Assembly: GCF_002105155.1 (NCBI RefSeq) | Contig: NW_019028981.1 | Span: forward strand, 682,001-746,000 | Origin: Lobosporangium transversale | Taxonomy: Eukaryota | Direction of reading: 5' to 3' | DNA length: 64,000 nucleotides | Shown here: positions 14,191 through 29,470 of the stretch, piece after piece | Numbering within the stretch: position 1 is the stretch's first letter | Layout: each line of letters opens with the position of its first letter | The notes under the pieces: model-generated | Databases searched by the model: none | What the model was told of the DNA's origin: nothing | The model's input: only the letters and a program-made list of their open reading frames with translations | Program-made: the position numbers and the translations under genes

Positions 14191-15913
14191 CTACTCATTC
14201 TTCTTCTCGGTATCTGTCTTGACTGTTTCGGCCTGTTGCTTCAAACTTTCATGCTTCTCATGATGGTGATGTCCTTGGTCTCCGTGTTCACGCAGCGTTC
14301 CGTTTGTCTCCTGTGCTATTTGATTAGCGACAACCGCATTCGAGACTTCAGCTGCAAGCTTACTCAACTGCTTCTCATACTGCTTGCTAAACACCTCCAT
14401 ATAATAGGATGCACCATTCCAGACACTAACAATGAACAGCCCAACCAAAAAGGCCGTATTCAACTTAAAGTTGCGATACAGCAGCAATGCAAATAAGCAT
14501 GTCACAAACTAGCATACAGACAAAAGAAAGGAAGAGATTGAAATTAGACATATAACCGACTTTTTTTCTTTTTTGTAACAACCACAACCTGGTCGGACAG
14601 GATAGGACCTCAACTTACAGTGTAGATTAACTGCATGCCCATAAACGTGAGAATACTATGCTTCTCGCCAAAGGTATGTGCGACTTTCGAAATCATGCCT
14701 CCTTTAGGATCATTCAGTAGCCACGTGTAGGATGTCACGCGTTTTCCCGCCTGGATTTTCTCTCGCTTCCATATTACCACAAAAATATAGTAAGCAACTT
14801 GCCACATCAAGTAAATAGCAATTGCTGATTTGAGTGATGACGAAGTTGGAAGTACGTCCATGCCTTTCAGAGCTGGAAAACGGCTATTATCCGAATCAGG
14901 ATAGAGCCACCGGATTGTGTACAGAGTAATGGGTGGACTCATGTGGATATAAACGCTGGTGACTTTATCCAAGCTGAATTTATAAATAACAAATGATCAG
15001 AGGAGGCAAAAAACATGGCATTGATGCATACAGTATCAATCATTAAGCCTTTTTTTTTTTTTTACCTGTGTAAGACAAGGCTGTTACGCCATGTAACAAT
15101 GGCAAAGGCAAGAGGCCCATGCGAGAGCAGCCAGACAGCACCAAACAAGACTTGTGACTGAGGGAAAACGTAGAGGTATAGAATCACGACAGTATTGACC
15201 TGTGAGCAAGAGCAACACAACGATTGTTAGTGATTTCGGAGGTTCATATGATTTTTTTTGCGAGCGCGTGATTATTAGGGAAAGGAGGAAATGGTAGTAT
15301 CAAAAAGGCTTACAAAGTAGCACATGTCAAGCAAGAAAAAATGCCAGCTCTTGCGCTTGTACAAAATGTAACGGGCAACAACTAAAATGACAGACTGGAA
15401 AGTATGCACAAAGGGAATCCATTCGGGATATACTGCCAATAGCCATGGGGTGCAGCAGCACTCAAACATGCCAAGGGTAAATGCAATCTTGTCCATGAAT
15501 CGTACCACGCTCGCCTTCTTCATTTGTTTCTTCCAAATCATAATAGTTGTATCAATCTGCGCTTTAAGATTGTTGGCAGTGTTGTCAACCTGATTCTGGA
15601 TCTGACGCTTCTTTGTACCAACATGGTGACTCAGCTGATGTTTTGTCTTTTTGAGGTCTGAACGCAGATTCTGGTAAACCTGACTTGCAAACACCGGAAT
15701 ATCTGGCAAGTCTTCCTCCAGATTTTGCGAGATGAAGGCATCGAGACTGAAGGAGAGCTGTGTAAGAATATTGGGCACAAGGCTAGGTCCGAGTGCAGGG
15801 CTGGGAGGTTCTGAGAAAGAAGAGCAAGAATGCTCGCTTGACTCTGGTGCAGAGATAGATCGCTCCAGGGTCAAATCCTGTTGTATTTGTTCTGTCTGTC
15901 CTGTATCTGACAT
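14191..15913 (-). CDS. GPC1: Glycerophosphocholine acyltransferase 1 (DUF2838 membrane protein, 4 exons)
   Basis: DKIAFTLG, RY..YK...WHFFLLDMCYFVN, HGPLAFAIVTWRNSLV, DKVTSVYIH, WQVAYY, RVTSYTWL and WNGASYYMEVF motifs. Confidence 0.9.
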
Positions 15914-16022
15914 AGTCGTGTGGGAAGGTTATAACTGTTGGTATCTAGTTTGTAAGTCTTGTCCGTGGTAGAGCTTATTTGAGGCCAAGTAATTGTCGGT
16001 AGGAAAAAGAAAAAGAAAAAAG

Positions 16023-16056
<34 letters not shown>

Positions 16057-17194
16057 AATTAAGAATGAAAAGAATAACTAAATGGGATAGAATGTCAACC
16101 TTGACCCCTATTACATCATTGGGGAATGATAAAATTAGCTGATGTGCACCGCGTGAATTCTTTCTCCTTTATTGTGACATCAGTCACATGCTAGTGGTGG
16201 TTTGACCGTTAACGTCTTTCTTCCAAGACGTAGATTAGGCCTTCATTACACTATAACCCTAGCTTAGAAACTTCTACTCTAATGCAATGAATATCGCATG
16301 AGTAGGAAATTATTGACCTTCCTACTCTTACGTCCGTAAAACAGACAAATTTGTCATTCTAAATTGGCTTGAGATTCAGCAATCCACGGGCATGGCCTTA
16401 AAACTTTTTTTTGGCGAAACGATAGTGTATATCGCCAGTCGACACAAAAAACCGAAAACTGAATATATTGTGGTGCATGCAAATGTAATGACGGTAATAA
16501 ATGATAGTAGAGGATGGATTTTCGAATGACCCTCTTGGCTCCTCAACACTATTGTTTCCAATCTGTCGATCATGCCGAAAACCTGTATTTATCAGCATCC
16601 ACTGTCGATCTCTAAAGAAGCTGAATAAAGATGGATCTGAGTGCAAAGAATTGGTATCAACACTACATGAGCATACAATAATTAATCCATCATCAATCCA
16701 TAATATAAAATGGAAGCATCGTATTCCTCCTTTTGCACTTGCGTGCAAAGCGCACATGACGCTAGACACAGGTATTTAGGTGTCAACGCACTGATAAAAA
16801 AAAGTTGTAATTTCTGTTTATATTCGTCTCCTGTATCCTTTTCTATCTAATCTCTTACTCGTGAATTCCTTGACTAACTTTAAAACCTTACAGATCAAAG
16901 ACAGGCCTATAGTATCTATGTAGTGGGCCATGTTTGTCAGCGATGTTGGCCTACATCATAGTCATTACTGTATCCTACCGCTGTCCATCCTTAGCGGAGT
17001 GTGATTAGAAGTTTCTTTGAAGAATCATTAACTTGTTCTTCGGATATGGGTGCGAACACGTCTTTATTCGCCAAGCGGGTAAAAGTTGCCCTAGTTGCCA
17101 TCTGTTGTGTGAATTAAAATTGGCCATCTGCGTTTGCAATATCGCATCTATTTCTAGAGAGCAAAAGATATGCTCGAAGCAATCTTTTGACAAG

Positions 17195-17498
17195 TGAAGT
17201 GAGCCTGATGGCGGACATACTAGTATGTCATTAGACAGAAAGGTCGAACCTGTGGCTGGGCGGCATGTCCCTTCCCCTTCCTCTCTCACCACTGCTTGCG
17301 CGGAATGAAGACACTTACACGCAGGCGGCCGTTAAAAATGTTATCATGGGCGTGGTCTCTTGCTACGAGATCTATACAATGTCTTTAGACTTCGAGACTC
17401 TTTATATCATGAGGACACCGGGAGTGTTTGAGCTTCCGCAGAACAATCGCCAGCTCAGCCCCCTTTGATCCGGACTAGATCTGTTGAAGCTGATTCAG
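17195..17498 (+). pseudogene. Decayed fragment of a Mucoromycota-type predicted PD-(D/E)xK/REase-like protein gene
   Basis: One frame reads SNLWLGG..RNEDTYTQAAVKNVIMGV-VSCYEIYTMSLDFETLYIMRTPGVFELPQNN, interrupted by TAG 17232 and TGA 17466. It resembles, from memory, the N- and C-flanks of this family with the core missing. Confidence 0.4.
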
Positions 17499-18407
17499 GT
17501 AGGTGGTGGATTTTTGTATTGATTTTTTTTATGGTAACGTCTATCTGCTGTTTATAGTGCTTATACACTCAACTACTGTACGAGTAGGGGGTGGTCTCAA
17601 CAACTCTTTCTACAACTAGGAGTCGCGATAGCAGTAACAGTAGGAGAAAACATTGGTGCCACCTCTTCTATTATATCGAGAGCAACCGAATACCAAGGGC
17701 TCGGGCTAGAATGATCGAGGAGTCTTTGACAGGAGAGATACAAAATAATGACAATGAATGTCTAGAAGAAGTGTTTGAATGCAAGTGCCACATATAGAGT
17801 TAGCTTTTAAACGCTCTTCTTGATTTTAACCAAGTGTTGTTAAATTACTTTATATCGGAACAATAGCCTTTTTTTTCATATTTTATATACCATACGTGAA
17901 TGTTTTTTTTACTCTATGCAAAGGAGAACATGAACTACCCGCGAATGCTGGGAGCCAACCAGGTTCAGGCTCTTGTACACAATAGGAACAAGACATAATG
18001 ATGTTAACCTTTATATACTGTCGATTTTAATGACGCGTATTGCTTAATGCCCTTAATGATATTTGGTTTTCCTTTATCATTAGTCTAAAAAATTGTCGTG
18101 AGCGTCCTTGAGCATGTTTCCGAGAATCATCGTGGAGTCTTACAAACTACGAAACAAAGCAAGAATTTTGGCATGCTTTGGTTCTTTTTTTTTTTTTTTT
18201 TTTTTTTTGAAGAATATATATAAATAAACAATGATCTTGTTTCACCAAGAAATCCATACATCCTCAACGTGTCTGTTTTTCTCTTTTTAAAACTATAAAG
18301 AAAAAAAAAAAAAAAAAAAAAAAAAAAACGGCAAGAACCTCGCTGTTTCTCTGGGCTTGAAAACCCTATGCACATGGGATGGTTTGACAGTTTGACAGTT
18401 TGACAGC

Positions 18408-18449
<42 letters not shown>

Positions 18450-21400
18450 GGCAAAAATAACCTTGGAAAAATAATTTTTGTCAGGGTTCTCTTCTGTTCT
18501 GTTTGTTTTTAGCTCTGTAATTGAAAGTTTGCATGAATTGACTAAAGGTCCTTGATAAGCCCTGGCAATCGGCAAAAAAAAAAAAAAAATCAAGGCAGTG
18601 GAGTGTAAACAATGCAAAATGGTCAGACAATCCATGTACCAACAACATGTCTGTCTGCTTAGGTTATGATCAGCTGAATATCGAGGATAGGTTCTGACAC
18701 AATCTTTTGTTTTTAAACAAAAGAAAAAAAGAATGGGAGGAATGGAGAGGGGCCAGCTCATGTATTTCTTTTGGAGTAACAACTGAGACACGACAAACGA
18801 GCTGTCACTGTTACCCGACTCCGCACTAGCGTCAGTGATAATGACTCGAGCAATCAGACTGTTATTTGTTATCGTTTATTCAAATATGGGAGGTCTTTCG
18901 ATCATCGTCAGTTTAATAAAGTCTAGGAGGACAATGCTAAAGAGAGACATTTCCAAACTTAAATCGGGCCAATGGTCCCATTCACATTCAGCCCAACTTT
19001 TTCACTGAGTCTCAAGTCTGAGCTTTATATGCGTTCTATGACATTAGACAGAACCATGTCTTTATAAGTCCTTCATAATTCGGAAAATAAAACTCTAAAC
19101 AAGACATTCAATAGCATTCGGACTGCATGAATTTTTTTTAAAAAAAAAAGGTCTTGCATCTGCACAGCAAGTAACTATGCAAATTAAAAAAAAAATGAAA
19201 AAAAAGGAAATGACATCAATGAGAGAATTCCTTCAAAGATTATTGGTTCATCAATTGAAATGTTTGCAACAAACAGAACCGAGAGAGGGGAGCGGAAGCT
19301 GACTTCCTTGGAGATCCCGTTTAGACGAAGACATGCACTTGTTTAAACACATAATTGAGCTAATCAAACATTTGGTTCCTGAGAAGTTCCTATTTTTGTT
19401 CCACGTACGTTAAATGATTTTTTTAGTCTGGCGCATATGTTTACTCATACAATAAGAAATTCAACCATCGCATTCCTTCCTATAATATATACTTTATTGT
19501 TATCAATCAATGCATAGATAGATATACATGAATATATATACAGTACATGTACATATCGAGTCTGATATGATATATAATACTATTCAAAGATACATACATA
19601 TTAATCCATACCACTCTGTTCCTTACTTCCTCTCGTTACAAAAAGCTAAATTTAATATAACAGAGCTCGAAATGAGCATAAGGAGTTCCTTTTTTGTCCT
19701 CTAGTACCAAGGATATCTTTTGCTCTGTCAGAAGTAGAGTATGATAAAGACAAAAATAGAGTATTATAACATGAAGAAAAAAGCATACCTGTGAATCTTG
19801 TGATTCCATATTAATGATTATTTTTCCTTGAGTCCAGACCGTTGAGGCTTTATCCGAAACCATGTTAATGAAGGATGACGACTTTTGTCTTGGATGTCCG
19901 AAAGTATAAATTCTACAACTCCATCCATGAACTGCCAAGTTTTTTTTTTTTATTTCAAATGAAGTAAGACCTCCTAATCTCGCATGGACTACGCTTTTTC
20001 ACGCGTCAAAAAAAGTGTGTGCAATTATATATAATATATAAACTTTATTTTTATTTTTATTTTTTATTTTTTATTTTTTTAATTTTTATTTCTTATTTTT
20101 TGTTTTTTATTTTGCTCCGACCATGGTCTGGGATCCTAAAAGATCTTGTCAGCGTTCAAAATCTAACATTTAAATATAAATTGATTTTATGCTCGCTTAT
20201 ACCGGCGCAAGGCAAGCGAACAAATGAACAGTAGTAAGTCTCGCCACGTGCTATTTAATACAAAGTAAGGAAAGGTACGTTCTGTAGAACACACACCTCG
20301 ATAATGATAGAGTTGCTTCCATATTTGTCTCTTGTCACCTCTCTCTCTAATGTTATTTTTATTTGGAAAAGAAATAAATAAATAAATAAAGAAGGTCTTG
20401 GGAACAAAGTAACTTTGAATTGTAACTATAATAACAGTATAGTGAATAAGCAAACACATTTTTTTGGGGGGCACCCTGGAGCCTATTAGGAATATGATTT
20501 GATTTGGGATTGATCGGACAGTTAACTGGATTAATACCTTCAATTCTAGAACCTTTTCTACCTTCTCATCCATCTACCCTTCTTAATTGATTACGCGTCT
20601 CTCTTTCCTCTTTTTTATTGTTGATTTTACTATTGTTATTATTTTTCAAACAGCCTCTATTTAGTGGAGTGGTCTACGCTGGTTACATGATAAGGACAAG
20701 CGTTCAAGAGACAAGTGAAACAATGATGTTGCTCAGAAGATTTTTTTTTTTGGTTTTTTTTTTCCTTTTGTTTAGGTCCCTTGAAGGTCTGGGCCACAAA
20801 GATACTATAGTAGTGGATTTTATAGTAGGTGGTATCGAAGAACAGTGATAAAATGGCTTGCTATTCCCTTTATTAGTTATAGTATTATGTACATAACACT
20901 TTGTTATTTAAGAGTACATCTTAGGCTTGATCATGCACACATGCATCAAGAACATAAAAAGAACCAATCAATGTTGCACAAAAAAAAAGAAAGAATCAAA
21001 TTGAGGGCGTTCTTTGTTTGATCATGTTTACTTGGCAAAGCCTTGTTATTTCAAAAAAAAATTGATCTCCAGGATAAGTACATAAAAAAAAAAGAACATT
21101 TCATGCGCCTTCCATACATATCCACAACAGTCTGCTGTCTCTTTATTTCAAGTACTCAGATATACATTGTGGCACATGTGCAAAAATAAGGAAAGAAGAA
21201 TAAAGCGAAAGGAGAAAAAAAAAAAATCGATATATTTTTGTGCAACATTGGGATGTTGATGGTGCACAGGCCATGCATGTTGCCCTCAAACCTTAAATTT
21301 ATTCATCCAACCCTCACACATGAAAATGAAGCGCGATATATTATATATATATATATATATATATTATATATCTCTATTGTATATTTTACATCAACTAAGA

Positions 21401-24098
21401 GAACAAAAAAAAAAAAAAGGATGACGACGATGACGCTGATGACATTGATTACATAGAAGTTCAAGGGGAGGGGATTGACTGGTTGATTAGTTGATTAATA
21501 AGCCTCGAAAAAACTAGGCTAGGTAATATATCTCCCTATTATAGAATAGGTCAAGAGTTTAATCTTAAAGAAATCGATCAACGTTTCCTTTATGCTCGCG
21601 TCGCTTTTCTTTGATCCCTCTTTCGTGTTCCTCCTCCTCTGACTAATATTTAACGATATAGGACTTGGGGAATGATATTTATTAGTGGTTACGAGCTCTT
21701 TTGGTACACAAGTATACTACAGCATGCGATACACACGAGTTTCGATCTATTTTTTCGCTACTTTGCCCATTTGGTTCATTTCTCCTATGAGGCTTGTGAG
21801 CTTGTAGGCTAGACTAGCAAGGGACAAAAGTAAAAAATGAAATGCAAGACTACATTTCGCTCTTTAGTCATGAAGAGGAGCACAGCGCTTTGTCGATTTG
21901 GTTACTATCCCAAAATGAACGGCTTTCAAGCAAAGCACGCGATGAAGCGTGGAAAAGAGGGGAGAAGAGAGGAGAGGCTTTTTACCAGACGATAGGTACA
22001 GATTAAACATGAATTAAAGGGGAAAGAAGGAAAAAAAAGGGAGGAGAAAAGAATGACATGACACGAACTTTCTTGGATTCAAAGATGTGGCATATCCTTT
22101 TTTCTTTTTTTTATTCGTTTCACCCTTCTTTCGGCGCTTTACATTGAAAGATGGCCTCCAAATCCTCCAATATGGCTGTCCCTTGCCCTTCCTCCCCCTC
22201 TCTCTCCCTTTCTCCCCTCTTATATCATCCATGTAATCAGTCATTTGACAGTTGGGCAGGCCTTGAAAGCAAAAGGAAAAAGCCCCTTGGGGTCTTTCTT
22301 GAATTCTCGTGTCCTTTTTCTTTACTGTTTATTCTCGTTCCCTTAATTGCTTAGCCCTAATAGACATGTTGTTTTGTATAATGGTTCTGCTTGATGCTAA
22401 TGCGACAATGATTGATATCTTTCTCGAGGCCTTAACTTTTCCTCCGATACGGGAAACAGAGAAGCAAAAAAATATAAAATATAAAAAAAATAAATAAAAA
22501 CGCGGGGTCCTTGAAGATATTGGGTGAAGAAGCATGGATGAAGAAAAAAGTCATGAAAGAATCCTCCATGCTTATTCGCCAATGACAAACAATCCTATAG
22601 AACATATGCTAGAATAAGAGAGGAGCTGGCGTGAGAAAAGGATGATGTCGAATACCACCACCCTTCTCTCTATCATTCAACGTTTGGAATATTCAATATA
22701 AAAGCACAAAAGAAGAAAAAACGTTGACAGACATTCGATAGAAAATATAACCATAACATTGCGTATGCATGTGCATCCTTCCTACTCCTATCTTTTTAGC
22801 GTCTTTTTTTTTTTTTTTTTTTTTTCTTTGGAGTACGGGTGCATTGACATTGTTAGACATTACTAAAGAAAAGAAAAAAATCGCGCACTGTCAGCAAAAG
22901 ACGCGGATCGCCCGAGTTCTGTTAAAAGTAAAAAGTAAAATGGAGTAAATGCTGAAAATCGCGTGTCCATTTTGAGGCTGTTGGCCCTCGATGTCTATTA
23001 AAATTAAATTGGGGTGAGAATCACTACTTGAAGATAGAACCGCACTATCATTTAGAAAACTATGAATCATGATGAACATCATATTGCATATGAATACATC
23101 ATTGGATTCAGTCAATTTTTTTTTCCTTTTTTGCTTTTTGGCCTGTAGTTTGCAGGACAAACGGAAAAGAGGCCTTAGTATATAAAATTTTTTATTCCTA
23201 CGACCTATCATTCCATTCCTCAATAAAAGGGAACTCATCTATCCACAAGAGGTCCCTGACAGGATGCACCTGGTGGACGATTAATTTGTACATCTCTCCC
23301 TCGTTTCCTGACTTGTCCTCGTTCTCCCCGCTCTTCTTCCTAGCTTTCACCCCCTCCTTCTCTCCCTTTCTCTCCTTTCAGGTCTCGTGCATTAATGCGA
23401 CAACGCCCATCAGTCCACGATAAGGCTGGTCAGGCCGTTTTGACGAGGCGGGGTTGGATACGTGTTTGTTTTTGTCTCTGTTCTGCCTACATTGTCTAGC
23501 TACAAAAAAAGGAAAAGGAGAGATAGAGAAAAAAAAAAAAAAAAAAAAAAAGATGTCTCGCCATGATGGAAGGAAATGCCCTTTGTACGGTGCCGCATTG
23601 GCCCCCTCTTTTTGATGAGACCATCCCGAGGAGAAAAGCTGCCCGCGTCTATACCGTCCTTCGCCCCAATTATTGTATATTCAACTAAAAACAAATGCTT
23701 TATTTTTTATTTATTTATTTATTTATTTTCTTCTTCTATTAGGTTTCCCTTGCATTTATGCTTTTCTACGTACACAATCTGGTTGGAGACAAAAAGGGGA
23801 GGGGTACTGAAGGTTGGGGTACCCAGTAGAGATCCGAGCAGAGATGGCGGCCATTTCTTTTTTTTTATTTTATTTACTCAAGCCGAGCAACCAGCATTAT
23901 GGCTAACCAACCAGATAAAGAAAAAGTTTGTGCATTTGGACAGCAAAAGGAAGAGAAAGAGGGGAGAGATTCAGAAAAAGGGCACTTGACTCCTTGCTGG
24001 CAAATAGCGTCTAATCCGACAACCAAAGTAAAAGAAAAAAAAAATCATGAGGTTTTTTTTAGCAAATGTGAATCCTCAAGACCATAATACTAATATCT

Positions 24099-24099
24099 A

Positions 24100-24140
<41 letters not shown>
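24099..24140. repeat. (ATAG)n tetranucleotide microsatellite
   Basis: About 10 tandem ATAG units seen directly. Confidence 0.95.
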
Positions 24141-25221
24141 CATGTATTTCTCTTTTGGCTGTCTGACATGTTCTGTTGAATGCTTTGAAGCGCTCCGACG
24201 GCATAGAAAGAACAGGTCGTATTGCATTGCATTTGGGGTCATAAGGCGCGATTCGGTACAAATGAAAGGGTTTAAGGGTTGCAACCTGAATACTCTACAC
24301 TTATTTGTTTAATTTTTTTTTTTTTTCTGTTCTTCTGGCCTTGATCTATTTTATTTATTGGGTGGGGAATATAATGTAATGCAATGCAGATCAGAACATC
24401 TGCAAGCATATTGACGATCTAAACATTGCATCGCATAGTACAGTTTAAAGAGGTTTAGCATCTCGGTTTTTTATTGGTGCTGCAGCATTAGCGAAAAGAG
24501 GAGGCAATCGATGTAAGAATGAGTGAATGAGCTGCATCCTATTTGAATCAGACTAAGTACTTTGTCTGTCGTCATGGTCTCGGCATCAAGTCTAATCGTT
24601 GGTCTATTAGGTAAATCTGCTTGTTCGTGGATATCTGGTGCAATCCATAATCGAACGTATTGAGTATATTGAATGTTGAGGATGAGGCGGAGATAAGGAT
24701 AACAAAGATGTGGATAGGAAGTATTGCAGACATCAATCCTGATATATACCTGGTGTTGTTACTGGTTAAGCACACAGATGTCTAAGCAAAAAGCAAAGAG
24801 ATATTTATTTTTTTTAAAAAATGATTATATTATATTATTTTTATTTATTTATATATTTTCGAAATATAGACATTAGGAATGCTGAATGTGCACCTTGAAA
24901 GATATAAAAAGAGTTGTCTGCCTCTTCTTTTGTTTTCTACGATAGCAATCAAACAAATCCATAAAAATAAAAAATATATATATATAAAAGGACCACAGAT
25001 GTGTTCGTTTCTAGTAATGTTAGATATAAATGCTATCGATTGTGCTTTGGATCAGTTAACAAGTTGGTTGCCAGCCTCTGTAAAGGGTAGTGGCCAGGAT
25101 GGGATGGCTCAGATAGAGAGAGATGATATTGCGGATATAATTGGGATCCACTTTTGATTGTCTGACTGATTCAGTTCATAAAGGATCTTTTTGTTATTGT
25201 TTGTTTATTTAATATTAAAAG

Positions 25222-25395
<174 letters not shown>

Positions 25396-25675
25396 GGTTA
25401 CTATAACAATAGCAGCAGCAATGGTAATGGCAATGGCATGGCAAAGGCAAAGAAGCAAGTGTATATTAAATAATTTAATGCGTTTATAAAGATGAGAATA
25501 TATAACTATATAACTATAATGCATACTCATAATAAATAAATAAATAAACAAATGAGTATTCAATTAAATTGAATACCATTTATATACTTAAAACGAGATT
25601 GTATTCAAAGTTAAACAGCGATGATATAATTTTTTTTTCTTCTCTCCTCATTCTCATTCTGGTCAACCCTCGCCA

Positions 25676-25683
25676 TATAAATA
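25676..25683 (+). promoter_or_regulatory. Putative TATA box upstream of the cyclin gene's long pyrimidine-rich leader
   Basis: TATAAATA followed by ~1 kb of CT-rich sequence before the ATG at 26709. Confidence 0.35.
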
Positions 25684-26708
25684 CTGGTTGCAACTCAACC
25701 CCACACATCCACACCTCCTCCTTCTCCTTCTCTTTATCAACTCTTTATCCGTCTTCATCATAATCCTTTTCTTCTTATAATACTTCTTTCCTCTCAGCCT
25801 TCAATCAATTCATCTTTCTTGTTTTGGTTCATACTTCTTTTTGTTTGCCTCGAACTCTTTTTTTTTGTTCCTTCATTTGTTCGTCTTTTTATTCCTTTCC
25901 TCCTCGTCTTCATTCCCCTAGGTCCTCAGACTTTTTTTCTTTTTGTTTCGTTTTATTTTTGTTTTTGTTTTTATTCATTTCCAAAGCAAGACATCCATCC
26001 TTTTGGTCAGAATAGAATCAGATCTTTGTTTCCCCCCCTACCTCCTTTGAGACCTTGTCGCCAGAACAGATCCCATCTGATTCCACAAAGAACCGTTCAT
26101 ATCATTATCCTTTTTCAGTTGTGATTCTTTTCATTTACTCCTTCCTTTTTTGTTGTAGTTTTACTTTTTCTATTTCTTTTATAGTTGTAGCAATTCGTTT
26201 TTGTTCGTCTTTATCAACGAACTATTCTACTACCACATTTAAGCATCAACTCCATCATTACTCACTATTACACCCCTCCTTCAACCACGATCAAAGCCCA
26301 AACAACAACAAAAAAACCTTTTTCACACTAACGGCGCACAACAGCACAAAATACAGTTCAGCCGTGCGGTCCCGTCTAGAATTTTAATTCTTTCCGATCA
26401 CATTTTTTTTTTCTTTTCTTTTCTTTTTCATTACAACTCATTACAAAACCCATTGCGCTGGTCTCCTTCCTTTCTTTTTTCTTTCTTTCTTTTCCTTGCT
26501 TTATTCCTTTTAACCTTTACTCGACATAATACAAAGCCATCGTATCGTATCTTCATCAACATTATAATCATTATCAACAACAACAATCAACAACAACAAC
26601 AAAAACAAAACAATATTCTATTCCTTGCTTCACCTTTATTTCCTCCACACGTAGTCCTTTCTCTTTCCTTTTGACGTCTTTTTCTACATCCAAAATATCA
26701 ATATTACT

Positions 26709-29470
26709 ATGCCTTCTCTCGCAGAGACAAAGACCTATTCCAACAGGAGCTTGGAAAAGCTGTTTCGCACTCCAGTGACTCAGCAGATGATTGGTGAGTA
26801 CTTTTTCTCCCACCTTTTTTTATTCCTTCTTTGCATTCATTTATCAACACCCTTCTGCATCCGGCTCAATCCCCGGCTTTTTTTTTATTAATTGTTGTTA
26901 TGACCATGATGATTACAACCACAACAACCACAGTCTAATCGTGCACCAGCACCAACAAGAGCAATAATGACAATAATAATAGACGTCCTTATTGTATTAT
27001 ATTGTTTTGTTCATGCAGCGTTTTATTTTATTTTTGCTATCCTGCAAAAAAAAAAAAAAAAAAAAAAAGAAAGAAAAAAGAAAAAAAAAAAAGCAATGTT
27101 GACGACTGGTTGGAACATGTTTCTCATCTGCAGAGTCAACACACCGTCGCACATACACAAAACAAACTCATGCACGAGAACAAAAACCGTTGAACGTTCA
27201 TCTACCTCCCTTTACTGCCGCAGTCTCTGAAAAATAACTGAAATGGACAATGCACTTGACTGACAAACCTGTCCTATCCTATCCTATCCTATCCTATCCC
27301 TACATCTTCTCTTCCCCTTTATTTTATTTTTTCTTATTCTCCTTGACTAAACCAACCCCCCACAGATTATATTGCAAACTACGCCAGCACAGTCATCGAA
27401 TGTAGTCCGCCACCAGTCATCGACTCGTACACCTTGCCTTCTCCCCCAAACACCCCAGCTAGCCGTGCAAGGATGAACAGCGGTCAAACTGAATCCTCCA
27501 TGGTCATCGTCCCACCCCTCAAAGACTTTATTCGTCTGCTTGTCATCAATTCGAACGTCCAAGCTTCCACATTATTGCCCACGCTTGTCTACCTCGAACG
27601 TCTCAAATACAAGCTCCCCGTCGCCGCAAAAGGTAAGATCCCTTTTTTTAAAGTTTAGTCATTACATCGATTTGACATCAAAAAACAAAAAACAAAACAA
27701 GGGAACAAGAGAGCAATGAGATTTATACAAAAAGAAAAACATTTGTGTTTGTGTATCCCTTGGTGATCTGTGCTCTTAAATTTCATGGGTGAACGTGTTG
27801 ATGTCTCTTTTAATGAAGAGATTATTGATCGTCATAGAGAGAGAGCTCTTTAATTATTATTATTATTATTATTATTATTTATTAGTCCGCACTAAGAGAG
27901 AGAGAGGGAGAGAGAGAAAAAAACCATTGTGTGCTGCGTATGTGGGAGGGTGTTTGATCCCTCCATTTATTTTACTATCATGAATAGCGTGGACAAAGAG
28001 TTACAAAAGATAATATGAATATGAATAGCGATCTGGTCACCGATCTCGATCGGGTATGTGTTATTTCCTTGGTCGGTAAAGGAGGGGAAAAGAAAATACT
28101 ATCTGTCCCATTCTCTTGAAATTATGCAACTTCACCGGTGAGAACAAATAGACAAACACGTTTTCTATTGCAACGATTAACACAATCAGACCGTTGTTGA
28201 ATTGTACCATTAAGACTATTTTGTTAATCACATTAAAGAGTTGACATTTTTGGGGATCACCATGGATGAAAGGGCGTCAAAACAAATCAACAAACCAGTA
28301 AGAAAGCAGGTTGAGAGCAGCAGCGCAGAAACGCTTTTGGACTAAAACATCAAAGTCAAACAGGGGACCCCTCTCAAACAAAATCCACAAAGCCCGCTTT
28401 TTCAGCACCCACGACATCCTTCTACAAAAGCACATTTTAAAGTTTCGCGAATGCGCTCATTGTTTATTCACTCTTCTTTCCTTGTGACACCATTTATTTC
28501 CAAATCATCATCGTCAAAAGAGACTTTGGGCGTCACTATTTCCTTTCTATCCGAATTTTCAAACTCCAATTTAATTTAGATGAACTGTATGAACTGTATG
28601 AACTGATCCTTTATTGGTCTTTCTTTCTCTCTCCTCCTATTCGTTGGTGATCTCATCTTAGGTATGCATTGCACATGCCATCGTGTCTTCCTTGCTACCC
28701 TCATCGTGGCAGCAAAATACCTCAATGATCAATCTCCAAAGAACAAGCACTGGTCTGCACATTCGGCCGTCTTCTCTGTCGGAGAGGTCAATCTGATGGA
28801 GAAGCAGTTACTCTCGCTCCTGGATTTCGATCTGCGTATCACAGAGGCCGACTTGGCCTCGAGTCTCCAGGACTTCTTGGAGTTGCAGCAGGCCACCTCA
28901 TCCTCCGTATCAGCCAAGGGCACGACCATCCCTTCCGGTACCACATCTACACTTGATGCACATGCACGCTCCCATGGCAGTCGCTACACCTCGTCTGTGC
29001 CTGCTCCCAAGACCAACCTTGTTCCTTCGCCCAGTAGCAGCTACATCCCTCAAACAGTGCCCGTTAACCAGCCTAGCTCTAATAAGCGTGCTTCTGCCAG
29101 TCGAGAGGATAGAGCGGAAATCCGGGTCGTTGTACCGCCTCACGATCAATTCAAGAGACGCCCATCCCTTCCTAACCAGCCATGCTTGGAGGAGGGTGAG
29201 GTCATGCCCATGTACAAGATCCCCATCCGCAACAACCAAGATCAGTACCCATCACCCGACAGTGGTCCCGATAGTATGAACGAATCCTCCGACACGGTTG
29301 CTACTGGCACGGCTGTTGCTGTTGCACCCAAATCCCATCTTGTACATTTGCCATCTGTACCTGCACCAGTAGTGATGAGTCGGCAGCAGCTTGTCAGCAG
29401 TGGCTATGTGAACCAAAGTGACAACATGGTTTCCGGACATGGTTATAAACTTAGCCGAGCGATGTGCTGA
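26709..29470 (+). CDS. Pho85 cyclin, Pcl1/Pcl2 family (3 exons)
   Basis: Exons 26709-~26793, 27366-~27631 and 28662-29470. Cyclin box PPLKDFIRLLVINSNVQASTLLPTLVYLERLK..LP..AKG|MHCTCHRVFLATLIVAAKYLNDQSPKNKHW...EVNLMEKQLL.LLDFDL. Confidence 0.92.

Noticed and set aside
16300..16327. 9-bp inverted repeat GAGTAGGAA/TTCCTACTC
   Set aside because: Short, no TSD, expected by chance in 64 kb.
18382..18406. Short tandem repeats (GTTTGACA x3; also ATGAACTGT x3 near 28580 and GCTGA x5 near 29466)
   Set aside because: Simple slippage repeats without spacers; not CRISPR-like or telomeric.
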